From positions 14,448,001-14,512,000 of the forward strand of contig NC_087252.1 of the NCBI RefSeq assembly GCF_037042905.1: 64,000 nt of DNA, written 5' to 3'. The position numbers were made by a program, and so were the translations under genes. Source of the stretch: Lytechinus pictus. Taxonomy: Eukaryota. Under the pieces are notes generated by a model, which saw only the letters and a list, made by a program, of their open reading frames with translations, was not told the DNA's origin and made no database searches. This document shows positions 12,661 to 26,239 of the stretch, one piece after another. How positions within the stretch are numbered: position 1 is the first letter of the stretch; every line of letters starts with the position of its first letter.

Positions 12661-14589
12661 GACGGGTCAATTTATGGTTTGACTCAGAACAAATTGCAAC
12701 AAATATTTTTTTCAACTATTTCTGGCAGTATTTGACCTCAGGAATAACATACTAAAAATGTACCAAAATCAGCATACGGGAAAGAAGTCATTTAAAAGAT
12801 GGCGTGCAAGATTGCAGCCATTCACTAAAAATTGATATAACTCACTCATTATCCACCCTTCGGTTCATATTACATGGTCCAGTGGGTAAACGAATTTATT
12901 GATACAAGTTAGAGTGAATATTAGCACTCCAGGGTGCCAAGAAAATCCAAGATGGCGCCTAAAATGGCTGCCGTAGGCTAAAAATCCACAATTCATCTAT
13001 TACTTTAATACTTAAGTGGCTTTAATTTTATTTATATTCAATGGTCTTAATCTGATGGTAACGTAGTACATCGGACAATTTACAAGGACAGCCAGTGGTC
13101 TGGTGTGTCCAAAAATCCAAGATGGCTTCCAAAAATTGAATTTAAAATGGTTGTTAATACTTAAAATGGACATAGCTCATATCATATCCACCTGGGAGAT
13201 ATGATTTTGGTGTCTAGACCATGGTTTGAATGGTCAAATAATACATTGGGACAAGTTACAAGGACAGTCAGTGGTCCTTTATATCAAAAAATCCAAGATG
13301 GCTTCCAAAAATGGAGTAAAAAAATGTTGTTGCTACTTTTTAAAAACCCAACATAGATTGTTCAGTATCCGGGAAATTGATTTTCATGCCTATACCATAG
13401 TTTAATAGGTCAAATATTACATTGGGAGAAGTTACAAGGACGAGGAGTGGTCAAGTTTGTCCAAAAGTCTACGGTGGCTTTAAAAATAGTATAAGTTAGC
13501 CGCTGGTATTTACAAATGGACAGAGTTCATGTAATGTCCGTCAAGGGCATATGATTTTGATGTCTATACCATGGTTTTAAAAGTTAAAAAAAAATTAGTC
13601 AGTGGTCCAGTATGTCGAAAATCCAAGATGGCTTCCAAAAATCGGAGTCTAAAATGACTGCTGTTACTTTAAGAATAGACATATATACATTTATTTCATT
13701 TAAATTCCACCAAGGAGATGTGATTTCGATGTCCACACTATGGTTTCATGGTTAAATTATACGGTTGGACTGGTTACATTGATATGCAGTTGTCCAGTTT
13801 GCCTAAAAATCCAAGAGGGTTTTCAAAAAAGCATCTAAAACGATTCATATCACTCAATAATAGTCAGAGTTCTACATTATTTATATGTTGGTGTTTTAAA
13901 GTAGCAACGAAATTTTTAGACTCCATTTTTGGAAACCTTCTTGAATTTTTGAACATACTGGACCACTGTCTGTCCTTGTCATTTGTCCCAATATCTTTTT
14001 TGACCATTGCAAACATGGTCTAGACACCAAAATCATTATGTCCCAGGTGGATATGAAATGAACTATGTCCATCTTAATTATCAACAGCCATTTTAAACTC
14101 AATTTTTGGAAGCCATCTTGGATTTTTAGACACCATCTTGGATTTTTGGACACACCGGACCACTGGTTGTCCTTGTAACTTGTTCCTATGTACTATTCCA
14201 TCCTTGAAATCATTGAATGAAAACCAAATTAAAGCCACTTAGATGAATTGTGGATTCGGCAGCCATTTTGGGCGCCATCTTGGATTTGCAAGATACACTG
14301 GAGGGCTTATAATTCACTCTAGCCTTTATCAACAATTTGTTTTACCCCACAGACCATGGAATATGAATCGAAATAGGATTCTAGGGTGGATAATGAGTCA
14401 TTTATCAATTTCCAGTGAATGGCGGCCATCTTGGACGCCATCTTAAAAATAACCACTTTCCCGGATGCAGATTCTAAAATATTTTTAGTGTGTTATTTCT
14501 GAGGTCAAATGGTATAAAAAACCGTTGAAAAAATCATTTGGTGCATTTTGTTCCGGGTAGGGGTATTTTGGGTCGTACATTGACCCGTC
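12661..14589. mobile_element. TA-flanked foldback DNA element with long imperfect TIRs and ~170-180-bp internal subrepeats
   Basis: Termini are TA|gacgggtcaa...ttgacccgtc|TA. The aaatccaagatggc unit repeats in the left part and gccatcttggattt in the right part. Confidence 0.8.
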
Positions 14590-14791
14590 TAGAATTTGGC
14601 TAAGCTTCTGTGAGTTTTTCAATACTGATAGGCATCCTGTTAGTGCTCTGTTAGTGAAAATAATGCGTCTAGGCGATGGTTTTTGCCCGTGGAAGATGTG
14701 ACTGGCCCTACTGTTAGCGTTCTGTTACACTAGCAGCGAGTTTTCGCAAACTCTGGAACTCGACATTAGGGTCCGGTAACAAAAACGTTAA

Positions 14792-15375
14792 AGGAGAATG
14801 AAACTCTTGGAGCAAGTTAGCTTTTGTGAAAGCAGAAAAATGAAAGAATAAGATCAACAAAAGTTTGAGTAAAATAGGACTAGCAATAGAGGAGTTATGA
14901 GCATTTGAATGTCGAGATCACTAATGCTATGGAGATCCTCCCATTGGCAATGCGACCAAGATCTATGATGTCACAGATGAACAACTCTCCCCTTTTGGAC
15001 ACTGAAATTATACCCCAAAACATCTCTTTTTGCTCATTCTAATCATATGACAAACGATTCATCAATGATATAATGTTGTGAAACCTCTGTACTTGTCCTC
15101 TCATAAAGAGAACACCTCACCTTGTGATAGACTCTATAAAAGTGAGAATATAAGTGAAATAAGTACTAAAGTAATGAGGGAGTTGTACGTGTGTGACATC
15201 ACAGATCTTGGTCGCATTGCCAATGGGAGGATCTACATGGCATTAGTGATCTCAATATTCAAATGCTCATAACTTTCTTATCATTCATTCAATCTTCCTC
15301 AAACTTTCAACAATATGTTTCTTTGATTTTTCTCTTTGATATGGATTCAGCTGGTTTCAAGGGTTTCATTCTCCT
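14792..15375. mobile_element. TTAA-flanked Kolobok-like MITE, copy 1
   Basis: Termini are TTAA|aggagaatgaaac...gtttcattctcct|TTAA, with an internal inverted repeat. Near-identical to 50278-50860. Confidence 0.85.
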
Positions 15376-15929
15376 TTAACGATTAATCATAGACTCGATT
15401 TTCAAGCCTGATTGTGCATTATAGTCAATAGAATCGAACGTAGAAAACTGTTCTAAAATCATTGCTAAGCATTGTGTTAAATGCCCTATAGATCTGCTTT
15501 TCGTGTGCAAAATTCTTTCATGCAATACCAGCATGCCATTCCTAATTATTGAAATCCCCTTTCATGCATGTCCGACTGGTCATCATAGCATATGCTTGCC
15601 CGAGCTCGCAGCGGGAGGCTACGATCATGACTATCATGACTCCAGCTGGCTGGAGACATGCGAATTGTAGATTATGACATGGATAGGAAAGTGTTTTTTT
15701 TTTAACAACTCGAGTACATATTGAGTAAGGAAAAACTTACTGAATTCAGACTTAAATATAAAACATTACAGTCCATCGAATAGATGCTGCATCTAATGTG
15801 GATTATTGGTGGATCGCTTGTAATTGATTCCATGCGTCAGATCACCTCTCCAGCTAAACCATTTCGCATGCATTGACATGTACACAGCATATGCAATAGG
15901 CCTGTTATAACCGATAATGTCGCACCAAC

Positions 15930-18900
15930 GCATAATGTCACAGTCAACGCATAATGTCGTAGCTTTTCTACTAATGCATAACGTCGCAAGTCTTAATGCA
16001 CAATGTCGCAGCGGTGTTCGCTTCAGGACTCGAGTTAAATATAAGACATAAAATATGTTTCCAGTCATTAATTTGTGCAAGCTTTGTCATCTTAAAGGAG
16101 AACTATATTGATTATGAATGTGGTCTTATTATATGTCAATGGAAAGGTAATGATGTGGGGATTATCAGTGGGTCATTCAAAAATAACGAAAATAATACAT
16201 AAGGTGAAAATCGCCGATTAAAAAACGCTCAAAATGCCTCTCCGAAATATGCCTCGCATCGGTCTCTGAATTGACATGAATTTGATGACGTCACTTTCTG
16301 TACGAGATGCGTGATTGGCTCTCCCACGTGAAGCTCCACTTGCACGCAAAACCTGTTGCGAGGGTACGTTTTCTCCACACTGTCACTGAATTCTTCGATC
16401 ACGAAATGAAAGAAAACCCAGAATTTTAACTAGATTTGGATTTTCAAATTGATGATTTTGAAAGTGAAGAGAATGATGATGAAATGACTACAACAAAGTG
16501 ACTTAGTTGGGGGTAAATTGGGGGAATTACGCCGATGATGATGAGTCGGACAATTCAACTTGCAACACGATCACATGCCAATTCGCTACCTTACTCATGC
16601 AGCTGCTAAGTGCTAGCTACACCGCGCGGGCCAAATTGAATTCATGAAAATGAATTACCACACTGTCCAGACAGAGTCTCTTACCTCTGTGACTATGAAG
16701 AAGGAAAATAATGATAAAACTGTACTTATACAAACAAGTGAATGTAATCCGAACCTGAAGGCAACTCAACGAATAGCAGCAGACGATATGCACCGACGAT
16801 AAACTTCATGTGGCTGGGATAGATTGTCACTCGTTCTGTTAGATGTAATTTTTATCTCATTAATTTGACAAAATTACGAAACTCGGGGAATTATTTATCT
16901 ATATAAAAATATAGTAACATCTCGTATTATTTTTTAAATTACGATAAAACCTTTTAAAAGCTCGTATATGTGATCGTAATCAAAATCACAAACATGCCGT
17001 ATTGCTTGCTCGCCTTGGCTGAGAGAGTAGATCTATGCACGTGTCGCACACACTGATCAGTGGTTGCACAGCTCTCAATCAAGCTACGCATGTTGGGGAT
17101 CTTTTACATCTAATTCTAATTTACCTCAACGTTTTCCTTCAAAAAACGTTTTATCGTAATTTAAAAATTATACGAGATGTTACTATATTTTTATATAGAT
17201 AAATAATTCCCCGAGTTTCGTAATTTTGTCAAATTAATGAGATAAAAATTACATCTAACAGAACGAGTGACAATCTATCCCAGCCACATGAAGTTTATCA
17301 TCGGTGCATATCGTCTGCTGCTATTCGTTGAGTTGATTTGCCTTCAGGTTCGGATTACATTCACTTATTTGTAAGTACAGTTTTATCATTATTTTCCTTC
17401 TTCATAGTCACAGAAGTAAGAGCCTCTGTCTGGACAGTGTGGTAAGTCATTTTCGTGAATTCAATTTGGCACGCGCGGTGTAGCTAGCACTTAGCAGCTG
17501 CATGAGTTGGTAGCGAATCGGCATGTGATCGTGTTGCAAGTTGAATTGTCCGACTCCTCATCATCGATTCCGCCAATTTACCCCAACTACGTCACTTTGT
17601 TGTTCACTTTATCATCATTCTCTTCATCTTCAAAATCATCAATTTGAAAATCAAAATCTAGATAAAATTCTGGGTTTTCTTTCATTTCGTGATCGAAGTA
17701 TTCAGTGACAATGTGGAGAAAACGTACCCTCGCAACAGGTTTTGCGTGCAAGTGGAGCTTCACGTGGGAGAGCCAATCACGCCTCTTGTACAGAAAGTGA
17801 CGTCATAAAAAAATCCCCAATTTCGCGGACGTAATTCTGCGTGTTTGAAGCATTTAGAGAGAGAACTTTAAACTATCAATTAACTGAGTTCCGTCGGTCT
17901 CCATTATAAATGATGTATACCATCGTGTTCTCCTTATTTTCTCCTTTGATTTGATATATGATTCTCCATTTTTACGATTTTCAATATATTTCTCCTTTAA
18001 CGTTTTTAAGAGCGTGTTTGGTGAGGCAGGTGCGGATGCAGGGGAGGGGGTCAGTATCGAATTCATTGTCAGGTGGAGGGGATGGGCTTTGAAAAATTTT
18101 AATGTGTGGACTAGTGAAACGCAAGTATACGCATATCACCATTCATCTGTGCATATCGCCATACATGCAATTCAACTTATTTTGCGGGAGAGTAAAGTCA
18201 TCCAGCTGAAAATTAAATACAAATTTAGCTACATTTCATTGGTGTTCATGACTTTTGATAAAAAAAATCACATTTCCTATTGTTACTCGGAATGTGCCAT
18301 CAACATGTTAAAAATTTAGCGCTCACGTATCATATACTGCCAAATATTGCTCAGAATGTTCATTGCTTTGGTCTAAATGCCACAAATATCCAAAAAAATT
18401 TGAACTCGCGATTTGAGTTCGCGCTTCGCGCTCTCATTATCTATATAGGCAATGTGAGATAGCCTATCTTGTTTGTAGGAATAAAACTAATTAAATGCAC
18501 TTGAAACTTCAATCTTTACTTGGCCCGCTCCCTCTGTAAACCAACAGCGAAAATTGGCGTTTAGCGGCCTATCGGGGAAACATAAATAAAAACATTTTGC
18601 GCCCCACCCCGTTTTGGCGAAATCTTGCTTTATATACTGTATTAGAAACAAGTACATGCGTGCTCTGACCCTGGACTCCAGCAGTTTTTTTAAAAGTTAT
18701 CCATCGCCCTAGTCGCGCTTCACACTCAATTTTGTTAAACATGCAAAATACATTTTAGTCTCCCTCTATCCCTTTTCCTTTGCCACCCACCAGTTTTGAA
18801 ATTCTTGTGCCGCCACTGGTCGGGGGCTTTCGTTATTTAGAAGAGAAACAAAACAGGTTGTTAATGCATGTAAAACATTGTAATACTCCGTTATATTATT

Positions 18901-19500
18901 TAATTTTTTGAAAGAAATACAAAAACATATTTTTTTTAGGATGGGTTTTAATCTAAAGTCTAAACGAATCTTAAGATTTCTTGAACATTTTGCTGAAGTT
19001 TGTGAAACTCTTCAGTGAGAAAGGTTTTCACTTTTTTTTCCGGGGACATTAATTCTGCCCCCTCCCGCTACGTGCCAACTTGTTATCAATTTATCACGTG
19101 CTCCCCTCTTCCCCACGAGAGATTTGCATAGGACCTACCGCTTTAAAATTATTGTTCACAGGGTACATTCCGAGTTACAATACAAAACATTTTTTTTTTT
19201 CTTAAAATGTCATGAACAACGATAAAGTATGAACTCTTTAATAAGTGATCACTCTTCATCATAATGAATTCATACTGCCCCGCCCTCCCCCATCCATGCA
19301 TTCGCGCATGTACCACCAAACACACTTTCAAAGACTTTCAGATGACCGAGCTTGAATGAATTAATGAGTGAAAACATATCTTATATCTTATCTGCAACTC
19401 GGTTCCTGAATAAAATACCGCTGCAAGATTATGCGTTAAGACTTGCGACGTTATGCGTTAGTAATATAAGCTATGACTTTACGCGTTGACTGTGACAAAT
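15930..19500. repeat. Inverted repeat pair (about 15930-16090 and 19340-19500) rich in cgcataatgtcgca motifs
   Basis: gcataacgtcgcaagtcttaa vs ttaagacttgcgacgttatgc, with surrounding imperfect complementarity over ~160 bp. Confidence 0.65.
16096..17996. mobile_element. TTAA-flanked Kolobok-like non-autonomous element with a ~670-bp-arm internal palindrome (about 16284-16955 and 17145-17806)
   Basis: Termini are TTAA|aggagaactatattga...tcaatatatttctcct|TTAA (15/16 TIR match). The internal arms are near-perfect reverse complements. Confidence 0.88.
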
Positions 19501-19574
19501 AATCCAACGCATAATGTCACAATCATCGCATAATTTCGCAATTGCGACGTTATGCGTCGCTGCGACTTTCCCGA

Positions 19575-20406
19575 CCTTTCGTTAGAGAACGCGAACGCTT
19601 ATTTACGACGGTAGTTGATTTTGGAAGAGACTTTTTGGGCCCGTCGTAAAAGGCTGACCTGCAATTTAAATTATGTGACATGACGATTTTGTTTAGCTCT
19701 CGCATCTGCAACGGAAACATTAATCTGCGATTCGTGTGCAAATTACTATGGTAACAGCGACATATCTGATTTAGGACAACTTTCCAGAGCCATATTTGGT
19801 TCCTCCCAGAGCTCGAGAGGCCGCCCGGGGGGCGAAATTATTTTTCCCACCGAGTTCTGGACCAACATATGAATATTCATGACTTGCGTCTTCGGATTAA
19901 GAGTACGCATGCGCGTGGACTTTGCCTCGACCAGTGCCGGTCGTAAGCATTCACGTTCAGTTGCTCAGAATGAATTAGCATCGTCAAATTACCGGCACCC
20001 TTGCATAGTTACATAGGCCTTATAGGCTTATATCTATATACTGTATATAAATATCCAATTCTTAAACACTTATCAAACTAGCTGCCATTAATGGCAAGCC
20101 ATGTGCTAGGCTAGGGCTAGCTTAGGCTAGCGCATTAACTTTACCTCAAATCTGGACATGTCTAATGCCTAATACTAATAGTTTTAGCCGACTAATGCCA
20201 TGGTTAACTTCGAACCGGTAAATTCCGAACTTTACGTTTGATTTTATTTACCATGGTTTAATATGTATAGTCCGTATACAGAACCAGTCCTAGATCTAAA
20301 AAAATATCTTAGTTCTAGTCTAGTCTCTAGATCTAGACTCTGATCTACGCTGCATGGAACAACTAGTGTACCAAAGGGGGGGGGGGGGCAGACTGCCCCC
20401 TGACGA
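19575..20406. repeat. Left arm of a long inverted repeat; right arm is 22126-22244 + 26111-26239 + 28980-29310 + 29505-29753
   Basis: Continuous reverse-complement match once the three insertions are removed, e.g. gcattcacgttcagttgctcagaatgaattagcatcgtcaaattaccgg vs ccggtaatttgacgatgctaattcattctgagcaactgaacgtgaatgc. Confidence 0.9.
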
Positions 20407-20642
20407 TTTACAACTGATCCAGGGGACGTGCCCCCCCCCCCCCTTTGAGAAGCCAAATTAATAATTTGTAATGTCAAAATGCAACAAAAAAAGACTTATG
20501 TCCCCTCTTTTGAACGTGAAGATCTTTTTTTTTGCTTGTCAAATTTTTTTCAGCTAAGAAATCCTTAATTTGGGGTGAAGACGGGGATCAATATCACTTG
20601 ACGTTAGTTTGTGCCTGACGTTAGAATACGTTCCATGCACTG

Positions 20643-21920
20643 CAGTGGCGTAGCTAGGATTATTTTCCTGGGGGCACTGGGGGTCCTTGCTTTTTCAGAA
20701 GGGGGGCACCGGCCATTTTGTCCGGTGTGTGTGTATGTGTCATAAGGGCGGATCGGACTTTCGCCAATAGGGGACGGGGCCCGAAATTATCTTCACCTAT
20801 ATTTTCCCCGATCAGTCACTTAAACAACATAAACATGAAATAATATCATAAGCCTTATAAAAAGTGTGAGCGCGAAGCGCGAGCGATTTTTTTAAAATAA
20901 ATATAATGGGCAATGGTATGTGTGATCCTGAACAAGATTCGTATGTAACTAGATGGTTACTGCAAACGCCAAGCACGAGCAGAAATTTGCATTAACTGTT
21001 CTAGCATTATCGAAAAGGGACCTGTTAAGGACTGCTTTCAGTTACCCACGAAGACGGTATATATTTCAATAATGCGAGCGCGAAGCGCGAGCAATTTTTG
21101 ACATTCCGACCTAAAAAAATGGTCATTCTAAGCACTTTATGTATTAATAAATGGGATAGGTATGTAACTAAACAATTGATGCGAGCGCGAAGCGCGAGAG
21201 GAAGAAAATTGAGATTTTAGACCTAAAAGCAGGACACTCTATTCATTTTTGTAATCATAAATAGGATATAGTTATTGGGTATCATTAATAATGCGATCAT
21301 GAAGCGTGAGCAGACAATTATTGATATTCTGATGTGAAACTGGATAATTTAAGTACATTTTAAATGTAGAACATGCAGGCTATCGCGCATGTTTTAGATT
21401 TAGACCTAGAATCTTGGCATTCTGAATACATTTGTTTAATGGAACATTATGGAATACACGTAGACATTATGAACTTGGCAAATCAAACAATGTGACCACG
21501 CAGCGTGAGCTTAAAATGCTGATATGTAGACCATAAAACGGACATTTTACAGAGCACTTAAATTTGTAAATGAAATAAAAATAATGGAAGCTCGAACAAA
21601 GTCCGAGCTGAAATATGTTTTGTATATTGACTTCAAAACTTGCTCCATATTAGCCTATTGAGCAAGATATGAATCTCATCGAACAGGCCATTCTGGCGCG
21701 AAGCGCAAGCAAAAATTTTATATAGTAACATGAAATATTTTTTTTTCAAGTCTCCCCCTCACATTATTTCATTCACTCGCCTTCCTCCCCTTATTTTCCT
21801 CTTCTTTTTTTTCTTCTGTCTTTATTCTTCTTTTTTTTTTCTTCTTCTTTCTCCCCCTTTTTTTTCTCCAAATCTCAGGGGGAGGGCACGTGCTCCCCAG
21901 CCCCCGTAGCTACGACACTG
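20643..21920. mobile_element. hAT-like non-autonomous element with internal GCGAGCGCGAAGCGCGAGC repeats
   Basis: TIRs cagtggcgtagcta / tagctacgacactg, with 8-bp TSD atgcactg at 20635-20642 and 21921-21928. Confidence 0.85.
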
Positions 21921-22583
21921 ATGCACTGGCATACCTAGGATTTTCCAAAAAAGGGGGCAAATTTTTGGAGAATTTTTCGTCGACAAGCCCCCCCCCCAAA
22001 AAAAAAAAAAAAAAATCTTCACGTTCAAAAGAGGGGACATACGTCTTTTTCATTGCATTTTTACATTACAAATGATTAATTTGGCTTTGCAAAGGGGGGG
22101 GGGGGCGCATCCCCTGAAGCAGTTGTGACTCGTCAGAGGGGCAGTCTGCCCCCCCCCCCTTGGTACACTAGTGGTTCCATGCTGATACAGCGTAGATCAG
22201 AGTCTAGATCTAGAGACTAGACTCGAACTAAGATAATTTTTTTTATTCAATTCAAATTCAATTCAAATTCAATTTATTCTTGATAATAATAAAACATCAT
22301 CAAATTGTACATTCGTATATAGAAATATCATTACAAGAAAAGGAGGGCAACAAAAAGTTTACACTTGAAAAATAAGAAGCCTCCAAAGAATACAGTAATT
22401 AATATATGTACACATCAGATGAAGAGGGGGGGGGGGGAGCGAAACATGCTCATTCACACACAGACACATCCACCGAGACACATCGTCATCATCACACACA
22501 AAAGCACACCCGAACATCCATCATCTTGGTTCATTCATTAACAAAAATAATACATATATAAATGAGGTGAGTTTGAATTCAAA

Positions 22584-25500
22584 TTAGGAATAAGTACTAA
22601 TAATGATCTTTTTGAGTTTGCATTTAAACGAAGAAACAGTTGAACATGAAATAAGGCATACATTGAGATTATTCCAAATTCGTGGCCCGGTATACTTAAA
22701 AGAGTTCAGAATTAAGGTTGAAGCTGTTTTAGGGTAATGAAAGCTATTAGCAGAGCGAGTATTGTATCGGTGAAAGTCGTAGTTATATTGAAAAAGATTG
22801 ATGATATTAATAGGAGCATATCTATATCTAACTGCGTGCATAAGTGTAGCAATCTTAAATTTATGAATATCGTAGACTGTCATTGTTTTTAATCTAAAAA
22901 ATAATGGCCCTGATGGTGTCAGATATGGAGAATTGGTGCAAATGCGTAGTGCTTTTTTCTGGAGTTTGTGGATACAATCCAATTTAGTTATTCCAACACT
23001 GGCTCATGTTATGTTGCAATATTGAATATAAGGTAGAATCAAAGAGTTATATAGCATAATTAAATTCTTTTCAGGTAATATGGATTTCAATTTACACAGT
23101 ATTCCTACACTTTTGGATATTTTGTTACAAATATGTAAACGATGATTAGTAAATGTTAATTTATCATCTAAAATTATACCTAGAAATTTGACTGTTTTAG
23201 TTACATTCAGGATTGTCGAACCTAGTTTTAACTTAACAGCAGATATATTACACGAAATGTTTGGTTTACAAAAATACATAACATTGGTTTTATCATGATT
23301 TATTGTTAATTTATTGGCTCCAAACCAGTCTGTCACTTTGCATAACTCTTTCTTAGTTTCATTTAAAAGTTCATTAAAATTACTATGTGAAGAAATTATA
23401 TTAGTGTCATCTGCGAAAAGTATAAAGCTAAAAAAAGAAGATACATAACATAAATCATTGACATACAAAATGAATAAAAGTGGCCCCAATATTGAACCTT
23501 GCGGTACTCCGCATTGAACTTTATAATAAGAAGATTGACAGCTATTAAAAAAGGTGAATTGATATCTATCGTTTAAGTAACCAGAAAACCAATCCCATGC
23601 TATGCCCCGAATACCAAAATGTTTTAATTTATACAGAAGAATTTTATGATCAATAACGTCGAATGCTTTGCTTAAATCAAGGAAAATGCCAAAAGAGTGT
23701 AGATTATTTTCAACGGAGTTAATAAGTACATTATGTAAATCAATAAGAGCATGTTCACATGAGTGTCCTGGTCTGAAACCATATTGGGCATTATTTAGTA
23801 ATTCGTTTTTGTTTAAATAACAAAGTGTTCTATTGTATACAATCTTTTCCAATATTTTCGAAAAACAAGGTAGTAAAGTTATTGGTCTGTAATTCGAAAA
23901 GAGATGTTTATCACCTTTTTTGTGTACAGGGATTATTTTACCTATCTTCATTTTGTTAGGGACTTTACCGGAACAAAAAGACAAGTTTATGATATGAACT
24001 AGTGGATCAGCTATAAGTTGGATAACCTTTTTGACTAAATTAGTACAAACATCATCAAAACCTGTACTATTAGTACTTTTGAGCTTAGTTACAATATTTA
24101 TTATTTCATTAGCATTTGTTGGATTTAAAAATAACGATTTACTACAAGGATTCTTTAAATATGAAGTAAATTTAGAAATGACTGATTTGTCCAACTTTGA
24201 ACGAGCTAATAAAGCAATATTAGAAAAATATGTATTAAACTCTTCAACAATGTCTTCATCTCTATCTATTTTATTCCCATCTTTTATGAAGAATGAGGGG
24301 AAATCAGACTTCTTGCCCTTGCCAATTAAGTTGTTTAAAATTTTCCATACCTTAGAAAGATTATTTTTATTTGCTTGTAATAATTCGCAATAATATGGCT
24401 TACGGGCAAGCTTTAGTGTATTATTTAAGATATTACGATATCTTTTGAATTTAGTATGCGATTGAACATCACGTTTAATACAAAATATCTTATAAAGTCT
24501 ATTTTTCTTATTAATACATCTTAGAATAGAAGGAGATACCCAAGGTTTCCTTGGAACATATTTCTTTTTACGACATTTCTTTTGACACTTTTTATCTACA
24601 GCTTCATTGAATTTATACAAGAATCGTTCATAAGCAAAGTCAACATTGTCAAATAATAATACATCAGTCCAACTAATCTCAGAGAGCTCTTTTTTCAAAG
24701 CATTGATAGTTGTAGAAGTAATACATTTCATAGAATAATTTGACTGATGTGATCTAAAAGCATTCTCAATGCGTTTATTTTCAGTCATAGAAAAAACGGG
24801 TAAATGGTCAGTGATGTCATTATATAGGATACCAGCTTTAACCTTTTTATCACACACATTTGTAAAAATATTATCAATGAGAGTCATCGATGAGTTATTG
24901 ATTCGAGTGGGTCTATTGATTAGGGGGCGAAAAGAGTTATCGTAAACAATATTTACAAAGTCATTTATATAATTTACAGTTAAAGAATTCATTAAATTAA
25001 TGTTAAAGTCTCCCATTATATAGGTTTCTTTACTTTCATTTGTTATTGTACGTAAACATTCGTTTAGAGCTATATTGAAATCATAAATGTTTGTATGTGG
25101 GTCTCTATATATGACAGCAACTATGATATTTTTATGTTTAGGTATACTTATCTCAATAAAGAGAGATTCACAAAGGTTGAGAGATAAATGAAGATCTTGT
25201 CTCTCAATAACATTGAAAGTATTATGTATAAACATCGCAACACCGCCACCTTTGCTTTTCAATCTATCACTATGAAAAAGAGTATAATTATTAATATGAA
25301 ATAACGATAGGGGTGTTCGCTCATGTATCCAAGTCTCGCTAAATCCGTACACAGAAAATTGACAATTTAGTTCGCATATGAAATCATGAATTGTATCAAA
25401 ATTCTTATACATGCTTCTTGAATTGAAATGGATTAAACTAAGATCAAATTCAGTTGTCAAACTCATTTCTTGACTTGCTTTAAATTCTTCAGGTAGCCAA

Positions 25501-25688
25501 TACTTATTATTGACATCAAATATATCGGTATTCCGGTCAGGATCGATACTATCAATTAGATCATCAAAATCACCGTTTTCTTCATACAAAATACTATCAT
25601 CAATCAAGGTAATTTCATTGTGGAATAGATTACCAAACTCACAATCAGAGATATTACTAAAGGGAAACAGGAAATCACACACTTTCAT
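22584..25688 (-). pseudogene. LINE ORF2 (apurinic-type endonuclease + reverse transcriptase) with a single in-frame nonsense codon at 23004-23006
   Basis: EN motifs HFNSRS, SETW, GGGVA, GDFN and TDHLP; RT motifs NYRPITLL, QYGFR, DLSKAFD, GVPQGSILGP and FADD. YCNIT*ASVG (probable TGG>TGA) is in frame with the 22584-22982 ORF. Confidence 0.92.
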
Positions 25689-25875
25689 CACCACTCACTA
25701 AACGTAAAAATAACAAAAACAATATAGCCTAGGTTACTACTCGTTATAAAAAAGGAAACATCTAAGATTATATAGAAATCGAAATATCATTAAAAAGCAA
25801 ATGCCAGAGGGAAATATGGTGTGTAGTTATACATTGTCAGTTAATTTCACATGGTTTATACTTTTCATTGATTGT

Positions 25876-26110
25876 TTATAATTTGTCCAGATCAGTTTTT
25901 TCTCTTATCATTCTCTTGTGCTGCTTGTTGTCAAGACCCTGTACAAGGGCTATGATTCTTCCGTCGCGTACCCATGCGTCCTTTCCTTTTTGATGATTTT
26001 TGGTCAACCAAAGCAATTCTTGATTACTAGCAGTTAGCGATTCATCAATTGCTAAACCACTACCTTTTAGATTTTTGCGAGCTTTGAGTACAGCGTCGCG
26101 CACACGATAG
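25876..26110 (-). pseudogene. C-terminal fragment of LINE ORF1
   Basis: RDAVLKARKNLKGSGLAIDESLT...KDAWVRDGRII resembles the ORF1 C-terminal region of CR1/L2-group LINEs, and it lies just upstream of ORF2 on the same strand. Confidence 0.8.
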
Positions 26111-26239
26111 GATCTAGGACTGGTTTTGTATACGGACTAGACAAACCATGGCAAATAAGCTAACATTTGTCTAAACCTAATTAAACGTAAAGTTCGGAAT
26201 TAACCAGTTCGAAGTTAACCATGGCATTAGTCGGCTATT

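Larger units (their letters stand above)
22245..26110 (-). mobile_element. Crack/L2-group (CR1 superfamily) non-LTR retrotransposon, 5'-truncated within ORF1
   Basis: Contains the ORF1 C-terminus, an APE+RT ORF2 and a 3' UTR ending in a (TTGAA/TTTGAA)n tail at 22245-22272. Confidence 0.93.

Noticed and set aside
17951..18319. 122-aa ORF
   Set aside because: It spans a transposon end and unrelated flank, starts at a non-ATG codon and has no domain features.
24031..24393. ORFs antisense to LINE and Gypsy coding regions (also 32329-32784, 43727-44008, 46539-47006)
   Set aside because: Shadow frames opposite genuine retroelement ORFs.
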